A stretch of 63,642 nucleotides of DNA, the filler included, from Chiloscyllium plagiosum (Eukaryota): the NCBI RefSeq assembly GCF_004010195.1. It is 4 parts of one record of this genome, joined end to end, with 100 filler letters (N's around TTAATTAATTAA, not from the genome) between each part and the next. Parts side by side here need not be neighbours in the genome. Positions count along the whole stretch, not along the records: positions 30,837 to 58,947 come from NC_057713.1; 3 more parts are not named here. One strand, written 5' to 3'. The translations under genes and the position numbers were made by a program. This document shows positions 38,904 through 52,696 of the stretch, piece by piece. The notes beneath the pieces were generated by a model, which did no database searches, was not told where the DNA came from, and saw nothing but the letters and a program-made list of their open reading frames with translations. Numbering within the stretch: the first letter of the stretch is position 1; each line of letters starts with the position of its first letter.

Positions 38904-39073
38904 AAGGTGTGGTGCTAGAAAAGCACAGCCGGTTAGGCAGCAGCATTTCTGATGAAATGTTTATGCTCATAACGTTGATTCTCCTGCTCCTCAGATGCTG
39001 CCTGACCGGCTGTGCTTTTCCAGCACCATACTTTTTGGCTCTGATCTCCAGCATCTACAGTCCTCACTTTCTT
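38904..39073 (+). mobile_element. PLE family B foldback mini-insertion
   Basis: 16-bp TSD ctaacaYcattagtaa (38888-38903, 39074-39089); inverted left arm. Confidence 0.87.
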
Positions 39074-39149
39074 CTAACATCATTAGTAAGTAGAGTCAAA
39101 AAGTAAATTATACCTTTAAAAGTGAAAAACTAGCAAAAAAAACTCAAAT

Positions 39150-39755
39150 GAACTTATGCAGAAATCATAGAAAGTTAACATGCAGTTACAGCAAACAGTT
39201 AGTTATGTTAGCCTTATTAATGTAATGAATTCTTGTTGCAATTATATCGGGCTTGAAAGATACCAAGTTTCGAAGGCTGTGTAAAGTTTTGGTCTCCTGA
39301 TCAAAAGAAGAGGTTTACTTGCTTAAATGTCAGTGCAAGCAGTTTGGTTTGTGAATTGAGAGGGCCATCCTATGAAGACAGATATAGTGGAATGGCTCTA
39401 TTTTCTCAAGAGTTTAGAAAAATAAAACACAATTTTGTGGAAGCATGATAAATTCCTAGAAGATTTGACAGGGTCAATGCTGAAAACAACATCTCAGTAT
39501 CAACTGTTTAGAACTGAACTGAGTAGAAATATCCTCACACCAAGACTTTTGGATCTTTGGAATTCTTTATATGGGTGAACTCTGTATGCTCAGTTGTAGA
39601 GAACAGTGAAGATGAAAATGTAAAGATTCAAGTGTTAAGAGAAATAAAGCAGTATGGGGATAGACTAGGCATGTTGAGTTGAGGTAGAGATTTAGTCGAG
39701 ATTTTCTGGAACAGCAATGTGGTTATGATGAGCTGTTCCTGTTTCTCATGTTCTG
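39150..39755 (+). mobile_element. Highly decayed CR1 3' region
   Basis: Degenerate FWSP, SYEDR and EFRK motifs. Confidence 0.6.
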
Positions 39756-41239
39756 AAATATTAGCAGATCTCCAGTGGCTTTACACAGAGATTCTGTGGA
39801 ATCCAGAGGATGATATTCAGCTGCTAAGCTGGCCTATTCCTTCAGGCCTCTCCTCCAGTATTAGCTGTATGTGCACAGATAATCTCTCCTGTTGTAACTG
39901 GTAGCAGTTAGAAATGACAACTTGTTTATTAATCTCAGGCTGTAGCTTCATATTTGATGACTGTTTATGTTCTAATAACTGCGTGGCCATCATTGCAATG
40001 TTGTATGCAGAAATATGTACATGCATGAACAAATAGTTCCTGACCCTTATGTTTTGCATGAATTTGCCAAGAACTGTGGGAACAGGGACTAGATGAACAG
40101 GAAGTGCAGAAAATAGTAGTTGTATCATAGGCCCTATATTTGTCACATCAAATGGGCAGAGTTGACTTCTATCCTGCATTCATGTCCAGCATGTGGGCAG
40201 ATAGGAAAAGGCCTCTTGTTTCTCACTGAAGAGGTCGCCATCTCATCTTTCAAACATTGGATGAAGAATCAGAAATTTTACTCAATGTCAAGAATCTAAT
40301 TTTTCTGGACTTGACGTATTTTTGCAACTGATTCACCATTACACTTGAATCTGAAGTGAGTTTTAAGTGCACTTGGAGGGTATGGCATCTCTGCAAAAAG
40401 AGAAGACACTTTTTGTTCTGAAGGTGGCCAATCACCCCATCATATCTCTGATGGTCCAAAACAAACTCAATCCCACTTTCTTGGGATTGTAGTTCTGAAG
40501 GAAGAAGCTAGCTTGTCATCATTAAGGTCAAAGAATGCTTATTTGACTGGTTCCCCAACTTCAACATAAATCTTGCCTACCATTGGTACAATGTGGTTGC
40601 AGTGTGTCCCATTTTCACAATGAACTACCTCAGACAATATTGCTCAAATCAGAGAACTCTACTGCCTATCTTTGATATCACCTCATGAAAGTCATCCTCC
40701 AAGTTCCACACCATCTTGTTTTTGAAATCTACCATCATTTCTTCATAATCTCTGGACTGATATCCTTAAATGCACTACCTAACTTTTCAGTGCCCTCACC
40801 TTACAGGCTGCAGCAATTCAAGAAAGAGGGTTCAATTGTCAACTCTCATTATGGACTGTAAATGTTAGACTAACTGGTCTAAATAGTAAATTGAGAAAGC
40901 TATCCAATCTAAGAGAATAGCCATTGAATTGAGACAGTCTTGGAAATACAGTTTGGGCATCAACAGAGTTCTTTTCTATGTCCCTTAAAAATCCTGGGTG
41001 AAGCACACACAGTCCTGTGAATTTGTTACTGTTTAGTGCTATATTTGGTTCATTACTTTTTTAATTTGCTTTTGCTCATTTTGGAGATTTAAAATAGTTT
41101 CCGAGGGATATCTGATATGTTCTTCAATTCCTTTATGGTAAATACCGAGGGAAATATTTATTTAATATTTGATTCTTCTATTCCCTGGGTTTCTGTCAAG
41201 CACACTGCTTTGGCTAATGCACCCTGTACATCCTAAACA

Positions 41240-41452
41240 AAGTTAAAAATCACACAACACTAGGTTATAGTCCAATAGGTTTATTTGGAAGCACCAACAT
41301 TTAGAGTGCTGCTCCTTCATCAGGTGGTTCCTGATGAAGGAGCAACGCTATGAAAGCTAGTGCTTACAAATAAACCTATTGGACTATAACCTGGTGTTGT
41401 GTGATTTTTAACTTTGTGCACCCCAGTCCAATACCGACTCCTCCACACCATG
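41240..41452 (+). mobile_element. PLE family A foldback element
   Basis: Inverted arms around ~41327; 12-bp TSD acatcctaaaca (41228-41239, 41453-41464). Confidence 0.9.
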
Positions 41453-42253
41453 ACATCCTAAACAGTCCTTTTCTTCCAATGTTGTTCTTTGCACACATTT
41501 CTTATTGGCCTCTGCTGATTGCAATCATTCAGTTTTTAGTTTTCGCTTTACCTGTATTGCCTGATGCACAATTTATGATATCTACTTCCTTTCCATTTAT
41601 TTTGGAATTATTCAAAGCACTTTTTTTTTGCCAGTTTTTATTTGGCCTTTATTGCTACCTGACATCACATTTATTTGTTTGATGTACTGTTGAGTTTTCA
41701 CTTTCACAGGGATGATGATCCCATCCCAATTCAGATTGAATTCAAATAAATGGAATAATCCCAGTCCGTTCCACACAATTTGTTTTCCGTTATTTTTTCT
41801 CCTCCACAACATGCTTACTTTAATGCCTGTTTGCATGATATGGACATGAAACCAGAGAATTTAATTCACAATGTTTTTGTTTTAAATTCAGGTTATCTCC
41901 TGCTACTCTTGGGGAGAGTCCTCCTGTTAGTTCTTCCTTTTGTCATTGATCGCAACATGGATCCAATATTTTGATCTTTCTCCTCCCTCACTACAATGTA
42001 TTCAACACAGTTTGAGATAACTGACAAAGCAGCACCATGCCACCAGCATAACATCTTCAGTTCTACTGAGTCCATCTGACTAATCATTGAATCCTTTGCA
42101 GTGACTACTTTAATCTTCATTTTACACAGTATGTTGTTCTGTTGTGCTGTGGACCCCATTTTGTCTATTCCAGTGACAGTTTTCTCTTTACCCTCATAAG
42201 TAGTAGAAGCATTGAACCTGTTAGATGGAATTAGCTTTTGTGTATTTTTTACA

Positions 42254-42563
42254 TAGATTAGATTACTTACAGTGTGGAAACAGGCCCTTCGGCCCAACAA
42301 GTCCACACCGCCCTGCCGAAGCGCAACCCACCCAAACCCCTACATTTACCCCTTACCTAACACTACGGGCAATTTAGCATTGTCAATTCACCTGACCTGC
42401 ACATCTTTGGACTGTGGGAGGAAACTGGAGCACCCGGAGGAAACCCACACAGACACGGGGAGAACGTGCAAACTCCACACAGTCAATCGCCTGAGCGGGA
42501 ATTGAACCCGGGTCTCTGGCGCTGTGAGGCAGCAGTGCTAACCACTGTGCCACCGTTCTGCCC
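42254..42563 (-). mobile_element. HE1-type SINE
   Basis: Full-length match to 4999-5317. Confidence 0.92.
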
Positions 42564-43434
42564 ACAAACTGGAGCCCCAAACTGGAGTTGGGAGGTTTAT
42601 GATTTGTCTTTAAGATTTATGAACAACTGCTTAGCTCGCGCAAGTGCCATCTATGGATTTTTTTTTGTATTTTGAAACAGATCCAAAGTCAGTGTTACCC
42701 TAAAATGGAAAGTATCTATAAGGAAAAAAAAAACACTACAATGCAAGCAAATATCAACAACATGATAACTAAATATACAACCATCAACAGATGATCAGTA
42801 CTTGATGATAGGTCCGCATGGGTGGGATGACTGGCCAATTTACTTCTTTCTGAGAAATGTAAAATGTTGTCTTTATTTAAAATTTTTATCCTCATTTTAG
42901 CATGGGCTTGAATTGTAAAATTGATAAAGACTCATTTTTGCCTTAAAATGAATATCCAATGAGGTATTTATTTTTGTTTGAACTATACAGTGAAAGCCTA
43001 CTATGAGTTTCTTAACTTGTTCTTTCCCATTCTCAAAAGCAGATTTTATGATTTCCTTGTAACTACTGATTTTAAAAACAGCAGTCAGGCTCTGTTGTTT
43101 ATATAAATATTCAATCAGGCATTTATGATCATGGCTGTTCATAACGGTTATACAATCCAACCATTCTCAATTCTTGTGAGGTGATTCACTGAAACTTACA
43201 CACTAATTAACATTTGTAATTAAGAAGAATCTATTTTAATCAGTCATGTTGTAACTGAACAGCTTTAAAGTGTGGTTGTTTGTTGTCTCTTTTTCTGACA
43301 CACTGGATCTCATTGTTAGACCTGCCACGGATTCAAATGTGGTTCCATCACAGTACATCAGAGCCAACAGATTTTATCAGGTTATTTTAATTTGAAAAGT
43401 TTCTTGTATACGGATACTATGTGGTCAACTTTGT

Positions 43435-43738
43435 GGGTAGCATAGTGGTTGGCACTGCTGCCTCACAGCGCCAGAGACCCGGGTTCAATTCCCGCCTCAG
43501 GCAACTGTCTGTGTGGAGTTTGCACTTTCTCCCCGTGTCTGCATGGGTTTCCTCCAGGTGCTCCGGTTTCCTCCCACAGCCAAAAATGTGCAGGTTAGGT
43601 GAATTAGCCATGCTAAATTGCCCGTAGTGTTAGGTGAAGGGGTAAATGTAGGGGAATGGGTCTGGGTGGGTTGCTCTTCGGAGGGTCGGTGTGGACTTGT
43701 TGGGCCGAAGGGCCTGTTTCCACACTGTAAGTAATCTA
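43435..43738 (+). mobile_element. HE1-type SINE
   Basis: A/B boxes; aactttg repeated on both flanks. Confidence 0.92.
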
Positions 43739-45659
43739 AACTTTGAATTTCAAGAGATTATACCATGTATCACATCTGTTTCCCCACACTTACTCTCCAT
43801 TTCACCTAATTTCCCTTTACTTTGAAAACTATAAGTTGCATAAAATCTGTTCTAATCCTGCACTTCTGAATGAAGCATGATTGTAGTTTAGAACTAATTG
43901 CCAAAATACAGTACTGCACCTCCTCCCTTTTGTTTAAAAGTAGCTTTTATTTACAATTCAACTCTGAGTTGTAAGCTTCCAGGTAGAGGCATCTACTATT
44001 GATGTATTCACTTGGAATGGTCTGTCTGCCCACAAATTCCCAAATACATCAGGCACTCAGCCTGTATGCTAGAGCTGCTTATATATGTTATTTAAAACTA
44101 ACATTTATTTTTAGGATTTTGGAGTTTAGCTTTTTCATCTTGCGTGATTTACAGTAGCTAACATCACAGCTAGAAATGCAACCAAAAATCAATCAATATC
44201 AATGAAAACAAAAAGGCATTTTTCAAAAGTGTCTTTCAAATAAGTGAATGGTAAATTGATATGTGTGCCTGTGTATAAATAACACACTGTATTTGAAGTT
44301 TGTAGTCAGTTGTCATGTTTAATGATCTGATAATTATATTAAGATCAAAATAGGAAATAAATCCAATAGATTGAATAGAATGTGCTTTATAACATTGGAT
44401 TTCTCACCTTTAGAAAACTATTCATTTTTCCTGGGTTCACTGCACCACATTAAGTTTGACGCATATATACATTATGATTCACTCCTATTGCACAGGAATC
44501 CTGAGCCAAGAGCATTACAATTAGGAAATTAATGAACTAGACTGAGATGTATTCCCATTCACTTTCATTGTCTCGAAATGTTGAGCCAAGAACATGATTG
44601 CTTGAAAATTCATTATGCATTTATCAAAGTTCAGCTGACTCATGTCAGGGGATGTCCATTGAACTCTTGCTGAATTGCTCAATTTTGCACTGATTGCAGT
44701 TCTTTTTAATTCTCTGAAAAAATGAATTCCTTTTCTTCCTAAATTATTTTTTAAAGTCATATGTAGCATAATGAAAAATGCAAGGGAATTATCTGTCCCA
44801 AATCTGCTGTTCTTGGACTTTGCTTAAAATTCAACAACAAAACATTTAAACTTCATTTTAATTTGCCTGCTGGAATGAATATTTACAGGATTTGGTTTAT
44901 TTTTGTGGAGATTGCCAATTAGCTTACACTGATTTCTTTTGGTGCTATCTAACAAAAAATGTTGATTAAGAGTTAAAAGAGAGACATCTTAGTGTCAGTG
45001 GCATAATATGAAAAGAGATTAGACATCATGTTGTTAAATGCAAATTGAAATTAGTGTTCAGATACCAGAGGTTTTACTGTATTAATAATTTCAGGTACCA
45101 CAGAGTATAGGCAAATTGTATTTTATTGTCAAGGTAGAGTATTATTAACTTTTCATTATTAACTTTTCAGGTTAGATCCTGCAGTCGTCGTAATATCATG
45201 AGACTATAGACAGGTTCCATATGTTGCAATCATTTTTTAAATTGCAAAGGTAGGAAGCCCCAATTGTTCCCAAGGAGACATAAAAATTAATGAGAACAGA
45301 AATTTTGCCAGGATTTGGTGGTACACCTATGTGCTTACTAATATAAAATGGATCAGTTTATTTTTGACTATAATTGAGCTTCAGACTGCATGGGGCAAAA
45401 CATAATTGCTTGGAAACTAGCTGAAAGAATAAGGTTGTGTGAATGATACAATCTAACTGATGTCAAACCAGGTGGGAAATTGTGGCCTGGAAAAGTTATG
45501 CTATGAGTTGCAAATTGCCACCAGTTTTTGGTGATTTGTATTTCTCTACCAATAGTCTCACAGAAGTAGAAGTTAACCCTTACTTTCCCACAATACTCAT
45601 GCTGCATTCAAGCATTAAATATCCACTAAAATTTAATGTGATTTGCAAAATAAGCAAAT

Positions 45660-45895
45660 GCAAAGTGCAAAAAAAAATTGGAATCTGGAATACACAGTCT
45701 GGAAATATGATGGAGGCAGGTTGAATTCAAACATTCAAAAAGGCATTAGATGATTATTTGAAAGAAGCAACGTGCAGCATTACAGGTGAAAGAAGGAAAA
45801 TGGTACTAAGTCACGATGTAAATTTAGCATGCCAGTGTGTAAATGATGTGCTGAATGGCCTCATTCTGCCTTGCAACAATTGTGTGATTTTATGA
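45660..45895 (+). mobile_element. Decayed CR1 3' end
   Basis: ggaatctggaat..cattcaaaaaggcattagat..gctgaatggcctc. Confidence 0.65.
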
Positions 45896-48800
45896 AGGTC
45901 ATCACAGAAACTTTAATCTTGTAATGAATAGCTTAAGCAACATAAAAACAATTAGCGGCCATCAATCTCTTTGGCTCAGAAAGTAAACAATTAAAATAAT
46001 ACAGTCCCAAACCTCCAGGTAATCATTAATGTCTGATGATTTTACAAACATAAAACTTATAATTTTTTCTTCCTTTGACTCCCTCTTTTATGCCTTCCTC
46101 TTAATCCAATCTCCCTTCGCCATCCTTATTTCTCTCGACATAACTGAATTCATCCAACCTGTTTTGTTAGTCATATCTGTTATTTCTTAGTTCAATTTCA
46201 AGATTGTTTGAATTTCATCAGCTAACAGGATACCTCTTGGTCCCATTGATCACCAAGTTCCTGAATGCTCCATTGCTCCTGCCAGACCACTGACAAGGGG
46301 AGAAAATAAAATAGGATGAAGAATGCATGGAAGAGGCATGCAGATTCACAGAAATATACAGCTCAGAACAAGGCCTTTCAAACCACTATGCCTGGACTGC
46401 TTCTTGGAAAGAGTTGTGCTTTTCCCACATCACTGTCTTTTGACCATAGTTCTGTAAGTTACTCGTTCTTCAGAACTAAAAATATGATATCACTATTAAG
46501 CATATACTGGTATATGTGTGTCTGTGTTATTTATAATATACTGCCTTAATATATTGTTATTATAAATGCATTACTCCATGCTTCATTGTTGTTAACTCCA
46601 ATTGCCATGTTTCTATTAATTACAGCAATCTACCTATGCCATCTTGAATCCTGTAACTACCTGCATCAAACAATCCTATGTAGCTTTGGTATCACTTGTA
46701 AACTTTATTATGCTGCTGTCCACATCCTCAGCTGAGTTGATTATAAAAGTTGCAAAGAGTAAGGGAACCTAATGTTGACCTTGGGGAACTTAACTATAAA
46801 CCAGCTACCAGTTTGGAAAACATCTAAGCATGACCACTACCTTTTCTTCCCTATCACTGAGCTAATTTTATACCTGAGCCACCAAATTGTTATTCATTAA
46901 ATAAGCTTCTATTTTCTTGAAATATATTTATAATCAACCTGATTTGATGTCAGTCATGCCAGTTGTCTGTTCCATGTTCCCAGTATCTGTTCTGTCTTAA
47001 TCTTGACCTAAAAGACCGACACCAACACCACTGCATCTACTACTCATAGGTTAGTTGGCCCATTATATTTTGTGCTATTCCTATAATTTTGCACATCTTG
47101 TATGCTTTTATAGATTTGTTTATTCTCAATAATCCACAAGGAATTGGCTGATTTATATTGAAATACCTTTTCTGTTGATTTATGCATAGATCAATCTGTT
47201 GATTCCAGACAAGATTAATTTATGTGAATATAACTAGGAGAACAATCAGAGGTCAAAAAAAACATGAAAAGCTGCTAAAAGAGTGAGGAGGCATTTCTAT
47301 TGCCACCCAGTGAGTTGACGCCTGTACTATCCTTCCCTGCCAGTCTGAACAATACAGCATTTTTGTGCCTGGTCTCTCATCAAGAGAAGATGATCCTGCC
47401 TCTGCCTTATCCTTAAATTATGCGTCGTGCCAAGATCTGAGCTAAAGGCTGCAACTGCAAAATCAAGCAATTGCATTCCTTCATTTTCACTTACTTCCAG
47501 TTCATCCTCCAGTTTCTGGATGAGCAGAACTTCTTGAGGGTCTCAATTGTCGAAGATTCAAGTGTTAGACTGGCGTACAGGGGAGAAGTGAAATAAGGAG
47601 TGCATGATTCCTTTAACTGCAGTTTTCAGTCAAAAAGACTGTGGGAGAGTTTGGATGAGATAAGGAGAATCTGATTTGCAAATTTCCTCAGTTTCGCTGG
47701 CTTTAATTCCATCTATGGTCAAAGTCTCAACAATGACTCTCCCCTTATTAGCCATCTCTGTCTTCTCATGCAGTGTAAAATATTCAGACATATCACTCCT
47801 TCTCCTATTCATTCCTGTTACCTCCTGCAAGCCACTTCTCCAGCAAGAGACAAGGAAGCATGCCAGTAGATCTTCTGCAATATTTCTGCATGATGTCGCT
47901 GTAATGGTCTGATATGTGAATCTGAGGATAGCAGTAGTGCTATGTGAATAGGAGATGAAATACATACATGTTAAATATTAATTTTATTTGATAAAGATTA
48001 TTAGTATTGTCTGATAGGGCTATATTAAACTGAGCAGTGGAAAAGGCTAGCTGTGCAGTTGATAGTTTATAACTCTTGAACATGCATTTCCTGGTGTAGA
48101 TTTTCAGTAAATCAGAGTAACTTGAAATTCCTTTAAGTACAGTTGACAGGGTACAAATCCAGGATTCCTGCCTCCAGTTTAGACTGTAATAATTCTTACC
48201 GGTGCTGGATAAGGGGGCAGGTATCTTGCCTACATGCAACCCTTGTACACCTGCCAGCTCATTCTGGGTGTTGGTAGTCTCTCACAATTTTTGTGGAGTC
48301 CCCCCCATTTGATATGAATACAAGATTTGCGACACATCAAAGAAGTTGTGAATCATGGGGGGGATTCCCAGTCTCAAGTGGGGAACCAATAAAACAGTCA
48401 CCTGCTCCCAGAATCCATGCATTCACAGGCTTTGCAATGCAAACAAAATCTGTCTTTTTCTCAGTTTCAATAATAAGAACTATACTGTGAGATATTGATT
48501 ATACGGGTCTGACTTGCAAAGGTAAATTGACCGTCATATTCATCAGTATTATTTAAATGTTGACATGAATTAGAGAATTGCTTCCATTGGTAAGTTATCT
48601 TAGGTATTAAAAGGTGAAGAAAACACTGGTAGAAATTCAACCTATCATCATCTAAAATGATTTATATCCTCAAGCCTCTTTTTAAAAAAATGAAAAGATG
48701 ATACTTGCTCTTGGAATGGATTTATTTGGAGTCCATCTGGTGTAGCTTAGAAAAAAAATCTAATAATCATTTGCTTTAGCAATTTCTGTGGCTGTCATTA

Positions 48801-49362
48801 TTCATGATATGAAAGAATGTGTTATGACTGCCCATTATCAGTGCTTGGTTAAGTTTCAAAAACTTTAAAAAATGTCTTCTCTTCGCAAGGAGTTATGAGA
48901 ATAGATTTGTTGATAATTTAAGCAGTTATTGAAGGACTTAACATCTTTTTTGTGGTTTTATGAAATAGCTGTTTGTTTATTTTTATAACAGATGACCAAT
49001 TAAACATAGTTTTCATTTGAATTATTTCAGTGCAGGAGACTACTTAAATGTTGCAGTCTTAATTTTGAAATTGTGCATGGAACCTTACAGCATATGGGTA
49101 GGGCACTTCCATGGCAACACATGAACTAGGGAGGGTCTTATAATTTACATAAGCACTGTTGTGGAGGTGGAGAAGCAAGCAAAAATGTCTAAAATAAGAA
49201 AGAAATCAAAGTTAATAGTGGCTCCATAAAACAGCAATAATCAAGAGTACACTAGATGATTCATCTTTTTGATGTAATATTGTAATAAGGCCATGTTTCC
49301 CTGTTCAGGTGACCACAGAGCATCCCCTGATGTGCTTCAAAGGATAGAAATGTGCTCCTAAT

Positions 49363-49631
49363 AGAGACACGGGTTCATTTCCCGCCTCAGGCAATTGTCT
49401 GTGTGGAGTTTGCACATTCTCCCCGTGTCGGCGTGGGTTTCCTCCGGGTGCTCCGGTTTCCTCCCACAGTCCAAAAATGTGCAGGTTAGGTGAATTGGCC
49501 AAGCTAAATTGCCCGTAGTGTTAGGTGAAAAGGGGAATGGGTCTGGGAGAGTTGCTCTTCAGAGGGTCGGTGTGGATTTGTTGGGCTGAAGGGCCTGTTT
49601 CCACGCTGTAAGTAATCCAATCTAATCTAAT
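49363..49631 (+). mobile_element. 5'-truncated HE1-type SINE
   Basis: Starts just before the B box; (AATCT)n tail. Confidence 0.9.
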
Positions 49632-50435
49632 ATCTAAGATAGCATTTATCTCTCCACAAACATCTCCAAAATAGACCAACTGCTCATTTATCTTCTTGTT
49701 TTATATGGGGCTTTCTCATGAAAAACGTACCTATCACATTTACCTGTGTAACATCATTCACCACAGTACATAATTAATTCACTGGCTCTGAAAGAGTTGG
49801 GACATCTTCAGGGTGCTCTACATAATTTTCTTCGTTGATTCAGTTCAGATATTTTATAAGAAATAGATTAAGACACAGTGTCTTAATGCCATTATTACAG
49901 ATACTTTAAAATTTTTAACTCATACTTAGCAGTAGGTTTTCTGCAGCAGTCCTTGATGCAAATATTCTGTGGTGATTAACATGAATTATAAACAGCTCAT
50001 GGGCGTTGGGCATAGCTGCTTGCAACTAGGTTCACTTTCACAGAGACATCAAAGTTGAAAGGAAAGGAGGGAACACTCAGTTTGAAGATTTGTGAAGATA
50101 TAATAGTTAAGTGACTCCATACATTAAATTGCAAATTTGTAAATTGCAGGTAGTTTAAGTTTTAAACAAAGTCTGGATCAATGAGTATAGGATTAGATTT
50201 TATGTAACTCTGCCAGTTGTGCTTTTGGCTAGGTGACGGAGACACACCCTCTCTGCCTACCTAACAAACTCACTCCATTACTACATTTGGGGAATAGATG
50301 CTGAAAGTAGCTGTGAAATAACTCCAGAGGCTGATATCCCACCACCAGGTTACCCTTTATTTACACTGATCCAGCTCCCTCACAGCCAGCTCTATGTCAG
50401 GATGTTTGACACTCTTAGAACCACTGACACTCCTG

Positions 50436-52696
50436 TTTTTTGTTGTTGTTTTTTTATTACCCTCATACGACTGCCTAACTGTGGTAGTGCTTATTTATTC
50501 CCCCGCACCCATGTTGTGCGTGTGTGCAGGTGTGAGACATAGTGAAAGACGCAAGGTGCATGAGTCTTTATTCAGTTTCCACCACCAGGAAGAAAGGAAA
50601 CACCCAAGTGGCCCGTGACAAACAGTGCCCTTCACATCAAAGGGCAATGCTGTGTGATCAAACAGTGAAGGGAAGGGCAGGGATTAAATCAAAATAGAAT
50701 TGGACACTGATGCTTTTTTTTCCTTTTTCTGATGGAGAGTCCTTGACACTGATCCGGCTCCCTCAGATCCAGCTCTCAGAGAGAACAAAACCTCTTACAC
50801 TTCTGTTTATTTTTTAAAATTGTTTTTTATTTACCCCCACACTACCGCCTAACTGCGGTAGTGCTTATTTTTCCCCAGCACCCATGTTGTGTGTGTGCAG
50901 GTGTGAGACCTAGTGAAAGACACAAGGTGCACAAATCTTTATTCAAATTCCCACCACCAGGAAGAAAGGAAACACCCGAGTGGCCAGTGACAAGCAGTGC
51001 CCTTCACATCAAAGGGCAATGCTGTGTGATCAAACAGTGAAGGGGAGGGCAGGGATTAAATCAAAATAGAATTGGACACTCATGCTTTTTTTTCTTTTTT
51101 CTTTTTGCTTTTATTTCATTTTTCTTTTTTTAAAATTACTCCCACATTACCGCCTAACTGCGGTAGTGCTTATTTTTCCCCAGCACCCATGATGTGTGTG
51201 TGCAGGTGTGAGACACAGTGAGAGACACAAGGTGTACGAATCTTTATTCAATTTCCACCACCAGGAAGAAAGGAAACTCCCAAGTGGTCAGTGACAAGCA
51301 GTGCCCTTCACAAAAGGCAACACTGTGTGATCAAACAGTGAAGGGGAAGGCAGGGATTAAATCAAAATAGAATTGGACACTCATGCTCTTCTCTTTTTTT
51401 TCTTGATGTGGTGCAGCAGGTTCAGAGACAGTCCCCTTCCCCTCTGACGCAGTTAAGGAGGAGAGTCCTTGCACGCGCACACATACACACATAGCCAGCT
51501 CTCAGGGTGAACAGAAGCTCTGGCACTCCTGTTTGTTTTACAGAATCTCTGACACTCCTGATTTTTTTTTCCGTTTTCTTTACCCCACACTACCGCCTAA
51601 CTGCGGCAGTGCTTATTTTTCCCCAGTACCCATGTTGTGTGTGTGCGCTGGTATAAGACTCAGTGAAAGACACAAGGTGCACAAGCCTTTATTCAAATTT
51701 CCATCACCAGGAAGAAAAGAAACATCCAAGTGGCCAGTGACAAGCAGTGCCCTTCACATCAAAGGGCAATGCTGTGTGATCAAACAATGAAGGGGAGGGC
51801 AGGGACTAAATCAAAATAGAATTGGACACTCATGCTCTTTTTTATTTTGCAGGAGGGGGCTCAAAGCATCATATTTACCACTTGGCCTTCTGGATAGTTT
51901 TCTCTCACCGAGTGTCCCTTTATTTACACATGTTTAGTACGTGACACTGATCCAGCTCCCTCAGAGCCAGGTCTCAGAGTGAACAGAACCCCTGACACTC
52001 CTGTTTATTTTAAAAAAAAATTTTTTTCTTTTTTTTTTACTTTTAACCCCCAACACTACCGCCTAACTGCAGTAATGCTTATTTTTCCCCCCAGCACCCA
52101 TGGTGTGTGTGTGCAGGTGTGAGACACAGTGAAAGACACAAAGTGCACAAATCTTTATTTAGTTTCCACCACCAGGAAGATAGGAAACACCCGAGTGGCC
52201 AGTGGCAAGCAGTGCCCTTCAAATCAAAGGGCAATGCTGTGTGATCAAATAGTGAAGGGGAGGTCAGGGATTAAATCAAAATAGAATTGGACACTCATGC
52301 TCTTTTTTTTAAGGAGGAGAGTCCTTGCACGTGCACGCACTCACACTGATCCAGCTCTCGAAAGGAAAACAACCGGGTGGCCAGTGAAGAGACACCATTT
52401 TATTTATTTTTTCTTTTTTTCTTTTTTCTTTTTTTTTAAACCCCCACACTACCGCCTAACTGTGGTAGTGCTTATTTTTCCCCCCAGCACCCATGGTGTA
52501 TGTGTGCAGGTGTGAGACACAGTGAGAGACACAAGGTGCACGAAACTTTATTCAATTTCCACCACCAGGAAGATAGGAAAACACCCAAATGGCCAGTGGC
52601 AAGCAGTGCCCTTCACATCAAAGGGCAATGCTGTGTGATCAAACAGTGAAGGGGAGAGCAGGGATTAAATCAAAATAGAATTGTACACTCATGCTC
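50436..52696 (-). repeat. Array of six Tx1-derived 3'-end units inside the Gypsy 3' LTR
   Basis: Units 50436-50713, 50806-51085, 51086-51388, 51561-51837, 52004-52302, 52398-52696; each is a T-tract plus the 3' UTR of the 29122-29931 family and ends in aaatagaattgKacactSatgc. Confidence 0.93.

Noticed and set aside
39760..40500. Possible further decayed DNA-transposon coding sequence (similar texture at 47350-47920 and 57300-57950)
   Set aside because: No motif clear enough to support a call by eye.
50436..52696. Repeat-spacer layout resembling a CRISPR array
   Set aside because: Units are ~280-300 nt LINE 3' ends with poly(A), in a vertebrate context with no cas genes.
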